64,000 bases of DNA from Zootoca vivipara (taxonomy: Eukaryota). Numbering within the stretch: position 1 is the first letter of the stretch; every line of letters starts with the position of its first letter. The notes under the pieces are model-generated. The model was not told where the DNA came from, made no database searches, and saw nothing but the letters and a program-made list of their open reading frames with translations. Shown in pieces: positions 50,620 to 64,000 of the stretch. The position numbers and the translations under genes were made by a program. The DNA is taken from the NCBI RefSeq assembly GCF_963506605.1, contig NC_083279.1:76198001-76262000 (forward strand), given 5' to 3'.

Positions 50620-52704
50620 CTTTATCTCTGGGCAGTAGTGAGATTTGGGCCTATAGGCAGTGGAAGAGCAAGTGGATGAGTGCCAAGGGGAGCAGTGGGG
50701 CCCACTGAGGACCCCTTGCCCAAGGGCCCCCCAAAAGCTGGAATCGGTAATGCTGGCTTGCTTAATCCCACAGTTTTAGCAGCTATGGGAGAACAGAGGA
50801 GGTAGTTCAAAAGGAAAGGCTGCCTCCCTGGACCACTTATCTCACAGCTGGAAACCTACTGAGCTAACAACAGAGTATAAAGCCACAAGTCCACTTCTTA
50901 GTGGAGAAATTTTCTGACAATTACATAAACTTTTCTGCTTAATGCATCTTTCTGTAAAGCAAGGTAGTATCTTTGTAGATGATTAATCTAACATAATGTT
51001 TCCTTTTATTATTCCCCCCCCCCCCCGCAATCCTCTTGAGGAAGCAAGGGCTCTGTGTTCTTTCGCAGTAAATCACAAATGATGCTTCTGGGACATGTGC
51101 ATTTGGTTATACTGATTACCCATCTGTTGAGAGTGCAATATATTCATTCTTCATTATACATTTAAGGTGAGGATACTTTTTCTATCAATTACTATATATT
51201 TGCTTCTCCTGCAATTTCAGCAGCTTCATAAAAATGCTAAACTACCGTACTTCTATTGGGCATGTGGAGTTTGATAGGTAATTCCAAGTTTATGTTTCCC
51301 ACTTGAATACCAACCTGCAAAATTAGAGTTTGCTTCTCAGGGTTACAAAAACGGATACTTGATCTCCCTTACAGTGAATAAGTGAAACTAGGGTTTATTG
51401 TCTTACTGAACCTTGCAACAACTCTACTGCTTTCCAAATCTGCAGGTGTGAGAGGGAGAGGGGGAGGGGGAGGCAAGAAAGAGGGAAAGGAATTACGGTA
51501 ATACATGAAGGTGATGCTAATGAAGGAAAATGTAGCATACCATAGGAAATTATTTGTGATAAAATTACAGGTAAACCCCCCACCCCACTTCCATGTGATT
51601 GACTCATTCACTATGCTGGGAAAGAAAAAAATAATTTGATTCAAACCTGGAAATAGTGTGAGAGAGCTGGAGAGTCCTCATGGCTCGTGTGGAGACTTTC
51701 CCCTGAGCCTGACATCACTGAGGGCAGAGGAAGCCCCCAAGAGACCAGTGGCCCAGTGGGGCTTTATTTAGGCTGCCCAACCTCCCTGCCTAACAGCTGG
51801 TATTCAGGGTATTGCAGCAGCCGCTGCTGCTTTCCTGCTCATCCTCCAGCCTTCGATTGGCCCCAGAGTTCCAGTTCGAGTTGTGGATATTTTTGGAAAC
51901 AGTAGTTTTGGTCTGGATTGGAGAGAGAGCAGCAGAGAGGGCGTTTAAAGGTGATCCCCCTGTGAAAGTGTGGGGGGGGGGAGGAAGCATGTACATCTTT
52001 CAACCCAGTCACCTCACATATTATGTGAAACATCCACATAACTCCTGTGACGGCTTTCGTTCTTTTTTTAATTAAGAATTAGGAAACCTGTAGCCTTCCT
52101 AATGTTGCTGGATCACAAATCTAGCAATCCCTGATAATTTCCCATGCTGTCTAGGGTGGATAGGAGCTGTAGCTCATCAATATCTGGATCATCACGGGTT
52201 CCCTACCCCTCCTCTAATTCATACAAGCAACCTTTCTAAAACCAAGCTGTCGTTCAAATGCAATTTATTCCACCGTCCAAATTTAGTGATATAGGACACT
52301 GCCTTTCACTAAGTCAGACCATCATTCTACCCAGCTCATTATTGTCTACACTCTACACTGACTGCGAGCAGCTTTCCAGGGTTTTAGGCAAGTGATGCTC
52401 CCAACTGTACCTGGAGTTGCTGGAGGTAGACCCTGGGACCTGCTCACAAGGCAGATGCTCCACCCCTGAGCTAAAGTCCTTTCCTTAAATTTTGAATATG
52501 TGAGTACTTTCATATGTGACAAAATTGCATTTTGGAGCATTTGAAAGTCAAATATTGACCAGGAAGTAAAGTGTTAGCTAGGTGTACCATCCAGGAAACA
52601 ATTTTGAGAGGTATCCCCTCTACAAACAGAAGTACTCTTGCTCAGGATTCCAGCCAGTCAGCCATGCCTTCTCCAGGATAATATCGGCTGTTAGGGGTTA
52701 GACC

Positions 52705-52757
<53 letters not shown>

Positions 52758-53784
52758 CTTGTAGTTCTTGGAGAACACTCTGAGAACACTCAGTCCTAAC
52801 TGAGGAAATTTGGTGGAATTATTTCTGCTTTTTTCTTTTAATTCAATGGGGAGTGCACCAAATATGGAGAAGGCACCGTGTTATTTTTCGGTAGCCTCGC
52901 CTCACTTAGTTTCTAAACAGGCTCTCAATCACCCGAGTTCACTAGCAGCATCTGAGATCCCTTACAGAAGCTCTACCTTCTGCTTGGGTGGCTGCCACCA
53001 CAGCTTTTGCCTTACATGGAATTGCAAAGGTTTAGTCACTTGCCAGAAAGAGGCTGCTGATGTTTCCCACCAGGTCGCAGGATGAGAAATTACAGATGCT
53101 GTAATCAGAAGCTGAAAAATTCAGGGAAGGAATGGGTAGCATTTACAGCCCTTCTGTATCATTCATTACAGCCCTTATGAAACATTCTTTCCCAACCAGC
53201 TGCAGTGTTCAACAGAACCACACGTACCAGCAGGCATGTATTGCTCAAGTGCATGCCAATAAACATGAGTGCAGTGGCAGGTGGATGTATTTGGAAGGGA
53301 GAATAGGTGGGAAGGATTAAGCACCCTTCCTGACTGCCAATTGCCCTCTGCAATACTCCCCATCAGATTAGCATGGTAGGAAAAACGGGGTTAGGGGACT
53401 CAGATTTGCTTTATAATATATAGGCCTTGTGCCCTCCTGTTTTTCAGCAAATCCACTGAGCTTTCGGGAACCACAGTTCCACTGTAACTGGAAGGAGAAT
53501 CTATCCTGCCCCCCACCAATAACTTATTGTTGATTTAAAAGGATTTAGGGTGCTGAAGTGTGGCAATTCAGCTAGAATTAATTCACTCATTTCTACAGCC
53601 AAAATCATCACCATTGTTTATGCATCACACTTGGAATGTTCAGAGCTCTTCACATAGGTTATCTCAGGAATCCTTACATCAACCTTGTAGGCAGGTTACT
53701 ATTTTTTACCTTCATATTGCAGTTGTGGGCTTAGGGCAAAAGACAGTGGTTGCCTAGGGCCATCAAGTTTACAGAAGTGGAAAT

Positions 53785-54165
53785 ATTTTCATTTATTTGT
53801 TTAGGAGAAAAGGTACAAAACGTTCACAGATAACAAAAGAAAACCTAACAACAGAACAGAAAAGGAAGAAGAAATCCCCAACAGACTACCCTACATTTAT
53901 ACCTACAATGTGAAACAAAGAAACTATAATTAATTAATTAAATCAGAAACATAAATATATTTGCCTTTGTTCCTGAAAGCCTTGAGTGGGTCCCATTTTT
54001 GCTCAGATTGATGGATTCTTTGTTGTCTTTGTCTTACCCACAGTATCCAAATTATACTTGGTTACGAATTCCCATAATTTGATGAACTGCTGTTTTGAGC
54101 AAGGGATTTATTTCCTTTTTCAAAATTTACCATTTACCATCCTTGCTGCCAGTATCATATAAATG
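53785..54165 (-). mobile_element. Decayed L1/Tx1-like 3' end
   Basis: A-rich plus strand; minus strand reads YMILAARMV, like L1 ORF2 C-termini. Confidence 0.45.
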
Positions 54166-57100
54166 AGTAGTGACAGGATTTAAACCAAAGGCGTTCATAC
54201 CTCAGGTTTTTAGCCCTTCTTCTACACTGGCTCTATATTCTTTACATAGTGGGGGGGGGGAATAGAAGTATGCTGTTGAATGCAGCAATCCACAATTCAC
54301 AAAAATCGACAATAAAATCTTGGGGGGGGGGGAATAGGCTATACTCGGAGCTCAAGAATTATGTGTTTCAGCATGGTCTAAATTGTTGCGTTGTCTACGT
54401 ACAGAATAATTCTGCTTACACTGGAATTTTATTTTTAACTTGCTGGCGATAAAGAGAGGTGCTCAATGTACTTTGAGAGAGGAATGATTTAGCACTGCTT
54501 TGCATGGCCCTTAAGGGAAAGAGATCATAACAGAGCAATAACAAAGAAGTTTACTGGCAGGTAAAAGGAAAGAAGACAGTTGCCTGAGAGGATTTACAGT
54601 AAAGGCACTATTTATTTAAAGTAGTTGGCATTTTCTTTGACTGTGTGAGCAGGATCAGCGTAAGGATTTCATTTGCAATGCCACTTATAAATAGTGCAAT
54701 AAACACTTCCCAGAGCCTCATTTTATCAGGGAAATTCCAAATCCATACACTATCTGAGCCTTACAAGTTGCTATGTGAGCTTTGTAAATATTTTATGTCA
54801 GTTTTAGGCTCAAGGGCAAATATCTCTTTTGCTCTGCACTTGTAAAGAAATGTATGCTGAAAAACATTGGCTATAAAATGTAAGAACATCTTTCATATTC
54901 ACCTGCAATCCTTTGTGGACTAGTGCTAATTATTTTAATAAATCTGACAGCCTCACATTGGATTTTTTTGATTTGGACATTGTGAGCACATTGGTCCATA
55001 CTTCCCTGATCTAAATTTGCTTTTGATTTTTGCAAAGGGTTCCCTCAAAGCAGCCATCCATTCTGCCTAAAGTTCAGAAAGTAGCTTAGGAGCCTTAGGT
55101 CAGTTCTTAGGCTCATGAGAGCTTAAACTTCAATTAGCCAGCCTTCATCTTTGAGTTATGACAAGTATGTGTTGTGCATGCATCCAGTCATAGATTCCAC
55201 TTTGAATTATTATTGTTATTAATATCATTATTGCTACTATTATTATTTACTACCAACATGACAAAATGGCTTCTAAACAGTTTACAAGTATAAAATCAAT
55301 CAAAGTTCACACGGAGTTAAAACACAATGAAACAATTCCATCAAAACTTTAAAACATTCATAATGTAAAAATGCAATAAAACAAGCTCATTAAAACAATT
55401 AGATCACAGGTGCAAGTTCAGGGCAAACAGGTGTGTCTTCAAGAGCTGGAGGAATGTCAAAACTGATGGGACCTTTCATATTTCAGCCAGGGGGGTATTC
55501 CGCAACACTGGTGCCACTTAGATACAAGACATGGCACCATTAGGAGCTGCCATCCTTCTCTAAACGACTGTACTCCATAAGGTCTTTAATTTCACACTTG
55601 GGAGGGATGCCAGCTAGGCCATTAAAAACCACAGTGCTTCATGCGCTGCTTTTGGCCTGGCATAGTCCCCAGATGTGTTCACCAGAAACAGTGCTGATTC
55701 TTTGACCTGGCTGTTGCCTCTCCCAGTATCAAATGAGTTTTCATGCTGAAAGGGGTACTTAGCAGGCCAAATTCAGGGTGGGTGGCACTGGGCCACTTCC
55801 TAGCTAGTGCAGAAAGAGGCAACTAGATATCAACACAGCTCTGGTATATTTCAGAGCTTAGGGTGAGGAAACAAGCTGGGAGAAGGCTCGAATGTGGCGT
55901 GTAGGAAAAATCCAGTCAAATGCAATCGAATACTTGAGTCTACCTAGTGGCAAAGAGGGCATACTTTGCTGACTGTTGCATCCTCACTGTGCTGTCTGGC
56001 AAAGCTTATCTCAGTAGTGTGGAGCCTCCTAAAGTCTGCCCCAAAGCAGCTAGTAGAACGGACAGCATACCCTCCAAGCATCCCAATTTTCCAGGGACAG
56101 ACCCAGAATCATGAAAGCCATCCCAACTTCTGATTTAATCCCGGAATGTCCCTATTTCTCCCTCCAGTGCTGCTGCTTCCAAACTCGGGGAGGATGATGG
56201 ACTGGCGCTTGTCCTGAGCGGGGGCAAGGGACCATCTTGTTGCCTCTCCATGGCCACTGCTGCCAGCCTCCTGTTAAATCACAATGTAGGAAAGATGGAA
56301 ACTGCAACTTGCTCCAAACTGTTTTGGGAGATTTAATTCTTCACATTGAACAGAGGAGTGGAGTGGAGAACGTTTGAGACCAAGAGTTGCCATAGCATAT
56401 TCTCCCAATGAGAGACCATTTGTAAGACCGGTCTGCATAGGACTTAAGCAAGCCGCTTTTGATACCAGACATTTGCACCAGGGTGCTCTGTATGAGCTTA
56501 GAAACACTCTGAATAGGTTGGCTGGAAAACACATAATGCCAACATTTTCAACTTGTGTTTAGCCAAGTATCCTAATGACATAAAAGTCACTTTTAAGAAA
56601 CAAAAACAAAGCAGGTTCATAGTTGCTTTAATCAGAGGCTTGGGTACCATTGTCTGTAGCCTGAACTGAAGATGCATGATATCATTACTAATTCAAACTG
56701 AAAACACAGCTGGGCTGGGGAACCAAAGGAAGTATGGTTAGGAAGTGGAGCATTTGTGTGAGTCATGACATATAAATGTGCGTGGCAAGTCATTCCTGAT
56801 AATGTCCAGCCAAACCACAGTGTTGATGTTGGAAGATTTGGCGTGGGAACTACAAGTATAATCCTGATTCCCCCCCCCCCGGCGCCCCACAACTTCTTGG
56901 CATTTTATTTGTATTTACTTTTACAGTAACTTGGTTTTCTCAGATGCTCTCTTTTTTTCATTTCCTCTGACTTTATTTATTTAACTCTTGTTATTAGAAC
57001 AAAGGGCCCTAAGGACGTTAGTGTTCTATAAAGAAGCTGAAACATTATTTTCCACATAGCATCTCCTGTTTTCTGCATGAAAGGAAAAATTCTGTTTTTC

Positions 57101-57169
57101 GCCAGGAAGACTTTAAGTTCTTCTTGATGATCTCAGACATCTTGTGTTGACTGTTTTCCATCTTGGCAA

Positions 57170-57630
57170 TTAAATGCACGTGTCTTTATTCTTACTAGTT
57201 GTCTTTGTGGCATCAGTTGTAGAATTGGTGTGCTTTTTAAATGCCCTACCGGTAATACTAGGGTCTCTAACACAGCACTCTTGGGCACCTTCTTCCTCTT
57301 CCTCCTCCTCCTCCTCCCTGGCAATCACTTGTAGCCGAGTAAGATTGTCTTCCATGAATATGGTCTCAACAGTGTGTCTGTAATTGACTGTCCATGACAC
57401 CGGCCAAAGTTCTCTATTCCTCCCAACTGTTTTGTTTAAAATTGGTGTTTGGGGCTTTTTGGGGGAGGCTGTTTGAGAGTTTGGGGAGAAGTTTGGGTTT
57501 TTTACTGTGCTTTTGGTCAGGGGAGGAGGTCTGCAGATTGCCAGTTTTTCTTCTGCAATATTACAATATTTTGAGTACACACAACAGTTTCTTAGATTTT
57601 GAAAAGTGCTCAGAAGCTTGGAACCTCGGG
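57170..57630 (-). CDS. Candidate terminal exon on the minus strand, unidentified, contains poly-Glu
   Basis: Frame opens exactly at acceptor-like ctttctctattaag (57631) and runs about 153 codons to TAA; AATAAA downstream near 56975. Confidence 0.3.
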
Positions 57631-58207
57631 CTTAATAGAGAAAGCATTTTTCAATTTTGGTAAATTTGGTTTTGTTCTTTTCCATCAACTTTAGTAAAAC
57701 CTCAATTTATTTTTAAAGAACTATCTTCTAATCCTATATCAACCAGATAGTGTGTGCTTTTTAAAAAATATATTAACTGTGACATGCAAAAAAATTGGAA
57801 AAGTAAACACACTTTCTAGGGTGGAATTCAGCTTAGTGCTAATAAGATCATTCCATTGGGCAAGCAATCTCCACTTTCCTCCCCCATTTTCTGTTTCAGA
57901 CTATTCCAGACCCTCCAGAGCAGATTTGCAGGAGAAGGGGGAAAGCACAGTTATGCTTTTGGGAACCGGATAGTTGAATCTGGCCTTTAGTGTTGCACAG
58001 TGCTAAGGGGTTTCATCCAGGGATTTTGACAACTGGCACAGCTGTTTTTCATTCCTGGCCTCTCCATATGGCCTGTTTATTAAGCATTCTTCCTGATTTG
58101 TTTGTACAAAGCTTGCATGGAGCTTGTATTTGATGTCTTCTGGTTATTTAGCTTTCATTCAGATTTGTTTGTGCAGATGCTGCACAACTTCCTATCAATC
58201 AAATGCA

Positions 58208-58500
58208 TAGGGCTGCCTCTGAAGATGGTTCGGAAACTTCAGCTGGTGCGGAATTCAATGGGCAGATCGCTCACTGGGGCAAGACAGTTTGAGTATATTA
58301 CACAGATCCTGGCCCAACTGCACTGGCTACCAATTAGTTTCTGGGTGCAATTCCAAATGCAGTTTTTGACATATAAAGCCTTAAATGGCTCAGGACCACA
58401 GTACCTCAAGGACCGCCTCTCCCCATAGAAACTGACCTGGACTCTGCAGTAATCATTTGAAGCCCTTCTTTGCCTTCTACACGTGAGGTCTGGAGCATGG
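58208..58500 (+). mobile_element. L2 LINE RT C-terminal fragment
   Basis: GLPLKMVRKLQLVRN...ITQILAQLHWLPI...TYKALNGSGPQYLKDRL. Confidence 0.88.
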
Positions 58501-59153
58501 GTGCCAACTTGAATAAATTGGGGGGGGGAGCTCTGTCCCACATAATCACAAGATGTTGTCAGAAGAAAGGAATGCTTAGGAAGAAACCACCAGCACTTCT
58601 GCCAGAAGTCACTACTACTGCTGATACTAGCAGTTATCAAGTGACACAAGGAAGCCAGTACGGATTGCATATGCACAACATTTTGATTTGAAATCAATTG
58701 GGACTGAGTACCCATTTTTTCTACATAGTCCACACAATCTACACCTTGCAATAAATTGGAGACAGATTCATATGGGGGGTGGGTAGAGGAAGATCTATAG
58801 AGAACATAGATTGCATGAAAAAGTTCCTAGGAGCTCAAGAGAAGGCAAAGGTCTTCCCCATTACCTACTACCTGTTTATTATTATTTTTTACTGGAGATA
58901 CAAAGGATTAAACCTTGGACTTTCTGCATGCAAAGTGTGTGTTATCCTCCCTGGGCTCTCCCCAAGGTTCAACTCCCTCAATTAGGCCCAGAACTGGTAA
59001 TGGCTTTGAATGACCACCCAAAAAAACAGCCACGGTGCATCTTTAGAAGACGACCAACTACCACTTGCCCTAAACAATTTGAACAACAAGTTTTTCTTTC
59101 AGAGAGAACATAAATTATGATAGGCGCATGCAAAACATACCATTATGCAAGTA

Positions 59154-59506
59154 CAGGTGAAACTCAGAAAATTAGAATATCATCGAAAAGTGCATTTATT
59201 TCAGTAATGCAACTTATTACTTTTTCTTTTTCTTTTTACAAATGCTTTCTTTTGGAAATTCCACAGTAATAAAACAAATAATTACAATAATACAAAAATA
59301 AACATCACTATTACATTTCATTAATTACATTCCATTTATAATTGACCCACCTAACAACAAATAATTACAATTACAACAAATAAAGGCTTGACATATCTTG
59401 CTTTGCATGTCATGCATCTATCTTATATATTGGTTTCACCTTTTAAGTTGCATTACTGAAATAAATGCACTTTTTGACGTTATTCTAATTTTCCGAGTTT
59501 CACCTG
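59154..59506. mobile_element. Non-autonomous Tc1-like element
   Basis: TIRs of about 60 bp starting CAGGTGAAACTC and ending GAGTTTCACCTG; TA on both flanks. Confidence 0.9.
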
Positions 59507-60959
59507 TATGTAGGGATGCCACACTCTTGTTGAAATCAAAACTAGCCATAGAACTACTAGAAGTGTTTATCATTGGGGCGCGGGGACTGAAAGGAAACCA
59601 AAAGAAAATGTTAATAAGGTTATTTAAAAAAGCATTAGTAGTGAGACAGTGCCTGCCTTCAGACTTAAAATCTATATATACCGGTAAAAAATAACACACA
59701 TGGAAAAATGAATGAGGAGGGAAGAGGCAAACTTGGGCATGAAGTTCTTAAAGTTGCGCTGCCTTTTGCAGCTTGCAAACAGTTTCCTGAAAATGAACAA
59801 GTCGTTTTGGCTCACCCTTACAATGTCTTCCTTTGACATTCCCTGGAGAACAACAAATGTAGAACATAATGCAGATGGCGCTGTTGCATGTTGAAGATGG
59901 TCAGAAGCACAGCAGTACAAGGAGTAGTGCAAGGTTGCCTCTTGCATGTGTCAGGTGTCTTCCAAACTCCAGCTCGGCACAAGCAACTCATCTTAATCAA
60001 AAAGACAAACCAGAGGGCAGCGCCTTGTACTTCAGCCAAGGTCAAAATCAAGAGAAGCTGTCAAGAGAAATCGGGAACTGAAATGAAGCGGAGTGAAGAG
60101 TGAGGAGTTGAGTGCAGCAGAAGGACAGGAACGTGCAAGAGAACATAGCAGGCTGTGTCCTTTTTCTCAGAGAAATATCTGATTTTTGATGTTTTTTTAA
60201 AAATGGATCATTATTTCTAGATCACACATAAACACATTGTGGCTGTGCTGTAAAAAGAGAGAGAAAAGTGCAAACCAGTTCCCCAAATAATATGCTGCCG
60301 TTTAAAGATCTCCTTGCTATTCATTTCTTTTAAAATACTGTATGCATTTCACTGAACATAGTGTATCTCCACCGCTCCAGTACCACTACTAACATTTGCA
60401 TCTTTGTTTAAAGGAGCAGCTGACCTTTTACTCCCGCACCGCCAATGCTCCCTTCCTTTCTTTATGTGTATCATCTGGCTACCAAAGTACAGTAGCATAG
60501 AAATTCTAGCCTCTGAACTGGTTGTTGGGAGTAAAGTAACAATGCTTGCAATAAGTTGCCTGAACCAGTTTGGGGCAATAGGCAGAAATAGACAGGAAAG
60601 GCCTTTCTTCTTCCCTGCTGGTTCCTTCTTAAGAAACTACTTTTGTTTGTTTGATTGGGTTCCCCCCCCCCTTGCTTCCATCCTCCTCTTCCTCCTCTTC
60701 CAGTCAGTCAGTGTTAGATATTCCTTTTGTTAACCTCATAACTCCATGATGGCTGCATGTCAGCTTGTACTCAGAACAGTGTTTGTTTTAAGTAATAAAG
60801 TTGCTTTATTGTCTCAACCAGCAGTTGTACCAGACTATTTCTGAATTTGGCTGCTACACACACACATACACCAGTTGTTAGCGGGAAGTAACTCTGAAAA
60901 TCAGGGGTGAGGAGCTTGTGGCTGCCATCAGACCCAGCCAGCGCATGCAATGATAAGGT

Positions 60960-61107
60960 GTCAGTTCAGTTGGTTAGAACATTGTGCTGATAACACCAAG
61001 GTCACAGGTTTGGTTCCTGCAAATATGCAGAAAGCATATTTCTGCATTGCAGGGGGGGTTGGATTAGATAATCTACGGGGTCCCTTCCAACTCTATGATT
61101 CTATGAT
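60960..61107 (+). mobile_element. SINE with tRNA-Ile-like head and CR1-type tail
   Basis: ttcagttggttagaacattgtgctgataacaccaaggtcacagg...ttccaactctatgattctatga. Confidence 0.7.
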
Positions 61108-61198
61108 CGGAGTTGCAGTCTAGCAATATCTGGAGGGCCACAAGTATCCCATGGGTGCTGAAAACAGATCTGTCTTCAGCTTGCTTGGAACAATCATT

Positions 61199-61537
61199 TT
61201 AAAAAGGTGAAGGACCCATGACAGGTACGTCCAGTCACAAACATCCCTGGGGTTGCGGTGCTCATCTTGCTTTACTGGCCGAGGGAGCCGGCGTTTGTCC
61301 ACAGCATGACTAATCTGCTTCTGGCGAACCAGAGCAACACATGGAAACGCCATTTACCTTCCTGCCGGAGCAGTACCTATTTCTCTACTTGCACTTTGGC
61401 GTGCTTTCGAACTGCTAGGTTGGCAGGTGCTGGGACCGAGCAACGGGAGCTCATTCCGTCGCGGGGATTCGAACAGCCGACCTTCTGATTGGCAAGCCCT
61501 AGGCTCAGTGGTTTAGGCCACAGCTCCACCTGCGTCC
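61199..61537 (-). mobile_element. Sauria SINE with internal deletion
   Basis: 13-bp TSD tggaacaatcatt (61186-61198 and 61538-61550). Confidence 0.93.
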
Positions 61538-61550
61538 TGGAACAATCATT

Positions 61551-61666
61551 GTAGGACTCTTAATCTCAGGGTCACAGGTTTTAGCCCCCCACTGGGCAAA
61601 ATATTCTTGCATTGCTGGGGGTTGGACTAGATGAGCCTTGTCCCTTCCAGCTGTAAAATTCTATGA
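61551..61666 (+). mobile_element. SINE with tRNA-Lys-like head and CR1-type tail
   Basis: gactcttaatctcagggtc...ttggactagatg...ttctatga. Confidence 0.7.
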
Positions 61667-61675
61667 CTTCAAAAC

Positions 61676-62303
61676 TAGAATCATAGAATCATAGAGTTGG
61701 AAGAGACCACAAGGGCCATCCAGTCCAACCCCCTGCCAAGCAGGAAACACCATCAAAGCATTCTTGACATATGCCTGCCAAGCCTCTGCTTAAAGACCTC
61801 CAAAGAAGGAGACTCCACCACACTCCTTGGTAGCAAATTCCACTGCCGAACAGCTCTTACTGTCAGGAAGTTCTTCCTAATGTTTAGGTGGAATCTTCTT
61901 TCTTGAAGTTTGAATCCATTGCTCCGTGTCCGCTTCTCTGGAGCAGCAGAAAACAATCTTTCTCCCTCCTCCATATGACATCCCTTCATATACTTGAACA
62001 TGGCCATCATATCACCCCTTAACCTTCTCTTCTCCAGGCTAAACATACCCAGCTCCCTAAGCCGTTCCTCATAAGGCATCGTTTCCAGGCCCTTGACCAT
62101 TTTGGTTGCCCTCTTCTGGACACGTTCCAGCTTGTCAGTATCCTTCTTGAACTGTGGTGCCCAGAACTGGACACAGTACTCCAGGTGAGGTCTGACCAGA
62201 GCAGAATACAGTGGTACTATTACTTCCCTAGATCTAGATGCTATACTCCTATTGATGCAGCCCAGAATTGCATTGGCTTTTTTAGCTGCTGCATCACACT
62301 GCT
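61676..62303 (-). mobile_element. CR1 LINE 3' fragment with intact reading frame
   Basis: ORF 61753-62310 ([31 protein letters not shown]-type motif, WNLLP); (TTCTATGA)n tail. Confidence 0.96.
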
Positions 62304-63632
62304 GCATCAACTACCGTATGGACAAGCTTTTTTCCTGAAGAGGCAAGCTGCCAAGGAGGCTGTGGTAGAAGTTAAGCATCCTTTCTTTCCTGGAAAAATG
62401 GTGGTAACAAGATGTTGAATACGATGGACTCCATGCACCCATGAGGTTGCATTTATTTTCAGGAAGATCACACACACACACACCCCGTGCCTTTAGTGAG
62501 GAGCATTTCCTGGTGAACAGATAAGGAAAATCATCACCTGCTTAATGTCTTCAAGCCAGGAAGTTCTTAAAAACGCAAGAGCTCTTGGCAGCCGTATCCA
62601 TTGCAGACAGTCCTGTACTGTTCAACATGTCGTTTGTTCTGCAGAAACTGCAATGCAAAAATGTGTAGCACCACTGCACTGTAGCTGTTTTCAGTGCTGT
62701 GATACAGGATGCTCTTGACAGGCGTCTTCATTTGGCACTGATTGAGACTAAGACTCTCCATTGTTCCTCCACCTTTAAGTCGGAATGTGCTGTCAGAAAG
62801 AGACAAAAGGCTAGTTTACAAAAGGGATCCTAAAGGTGTTTGCACATCATTCCTGCTCTCTGGTTTGCTCAGGTGGAGTGAGGTGGGGGGGGGATAATCC
62901 TGGCTGCTCTCCTCTTTCAAACTCTGACTCATAATCAGCCAGTTCATCTGCTGGTCCTTGACTATATTTAACCATTGATTTGGCCACTTATTAGCATATC
63001 TATTATTCATCTTCATCTGACCTCTTTGTAAATGTTTTATTATAAAAGAGCATTTTAATAGTTCCTGTATCCCAGGGTTAGCCCTCTTTCTAAATGCCTT
63101 GAAATGTGATGGATGTAGGAAGAATTATTTTTCTACAGGATATAGTTCTCCTGATTCTTATGTTGGAAGGGACCCCAAATGTCATCTAGTCCAACCTCCT
63201 GCAACGCAGGAATCCAAGCTAAAGTAGCAGTTTGTCCTTTTGGAAACACAGGTCCTCTCTCAGGATTTGATGTGGGGTAGCAGGTCCTCTGCCTTAGAAG
63301 AGTGCCTTGTTGCCCCCCACCCTTAAACACTGCTTGTATACTTGTAAATAAAGGAATACCGTGATTATTATTATTATTATAAACTGCCAGTCAGTGCAGA
63401 CAAAACTGGTAGATGGACCAATGGTCTGACTTGGTATAAGACAGCTCCTTATGTGTTGTTATTTCTGGGGAGTCAATAATAATAATAATAATAAATTATT
63501 ATTATTATTTTTACCCCGTCCTCCTCCCTGGCCAGGGCTGGGCTCAGGGCGGCTAACACCAAATATAAATTACAATAAAACTAATGGGGGGGCAGTTAAT
63601 TAAAATACAGCTTAAAATGCAGCCTCATTTTA

Positions 63633-63939
63633 GTAAAGGTAAAGGGGCCCCTGACCATCAGGTCCAGTCGTGTCCGACTCTGGGGTTGTGGCGCTCATCT
63701 CGCTCTATAGACCGAGGGAGCCGGCGTTTGCCCACAGACAGCTTCCGGGTCATGTGGCCAGCATGACAAAGCTGCTTCTGGCGAACCAGAGCAGCACACG
63801 GAAATGCCGTTTACCTTCCCGCCAGAGCGGTCCCTATTTATCTACTTGCACTTTGATGTGCTTTCGAACTGCTAGATGGGCAGGAGCTGGGACCGAGCAA
63901 CAGGAGCTCACCCCATTGCAGGGATTCGAACCGCCGACC
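63633..63939 (-). mobile_element. Sauria SINE, 5'-truncated
   Basis: Same body and tail as the other copies. Confidence 0.93.
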
Positions 63940-64000
63940 ATAAATCAAGACCATAATGGGAGGAAACATCAGATATTCACCTGAGCCAGCTATCCATGGG

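Noticed and set aside
51657-52018. Solo LTR (TGTGAG...CTCACA)
   Set aside because: No matching TSD; probably a repeat but the class cannot be supported
58239-58751. 170-aa minus-strand ORF
   Set aside because: Largely antisense to an L2 fragment
60465-60860. Solo LTR with AATAAA
   Set aside because: Termini ambiguous and no TSD
1-64000. CRISPR array, rRNA or prokaryotic system
   Set aside because: No repeat-spacer array or rRNA-like sequence; DNA is clearly vertebrate

Overview
Vertebrate genomic DNA, almost certainly a squamate and probably a lacertid lizard, judged from six Sauria/POM-type SINEs, BovB, CR1/L2 and lizard-type hAT MITEs. The window is mostly intronic or intergenic and rich in transposable elements. 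These include BovB, CR1, L2, Rex1-like and RTE-X-like LINE remnants, tRNA-derived SINEs, a decayed mariner, many hAT/Tc1 MITEs with clean TSDs, solo LTRs, a Penelope fold-back and Helitron-type elements. A CpG-island promoter with a probable first exon lies at about 41.8-42.7 kb. An unidentified open frame of about 240 codons, bounded by splice-like sites, lies at 31.9-32.8 kb. Weaker candidate exons lie on the minus strand at 57-63 kb. The most structured observation is a composite Helitron at 34028-36370 with two 5' ends, one broken and one intact 3' end, and repeated TATA+YY1 modules. No host gene could be named from the sequence alone. Family names come from recalled consensus features, not from database searches.
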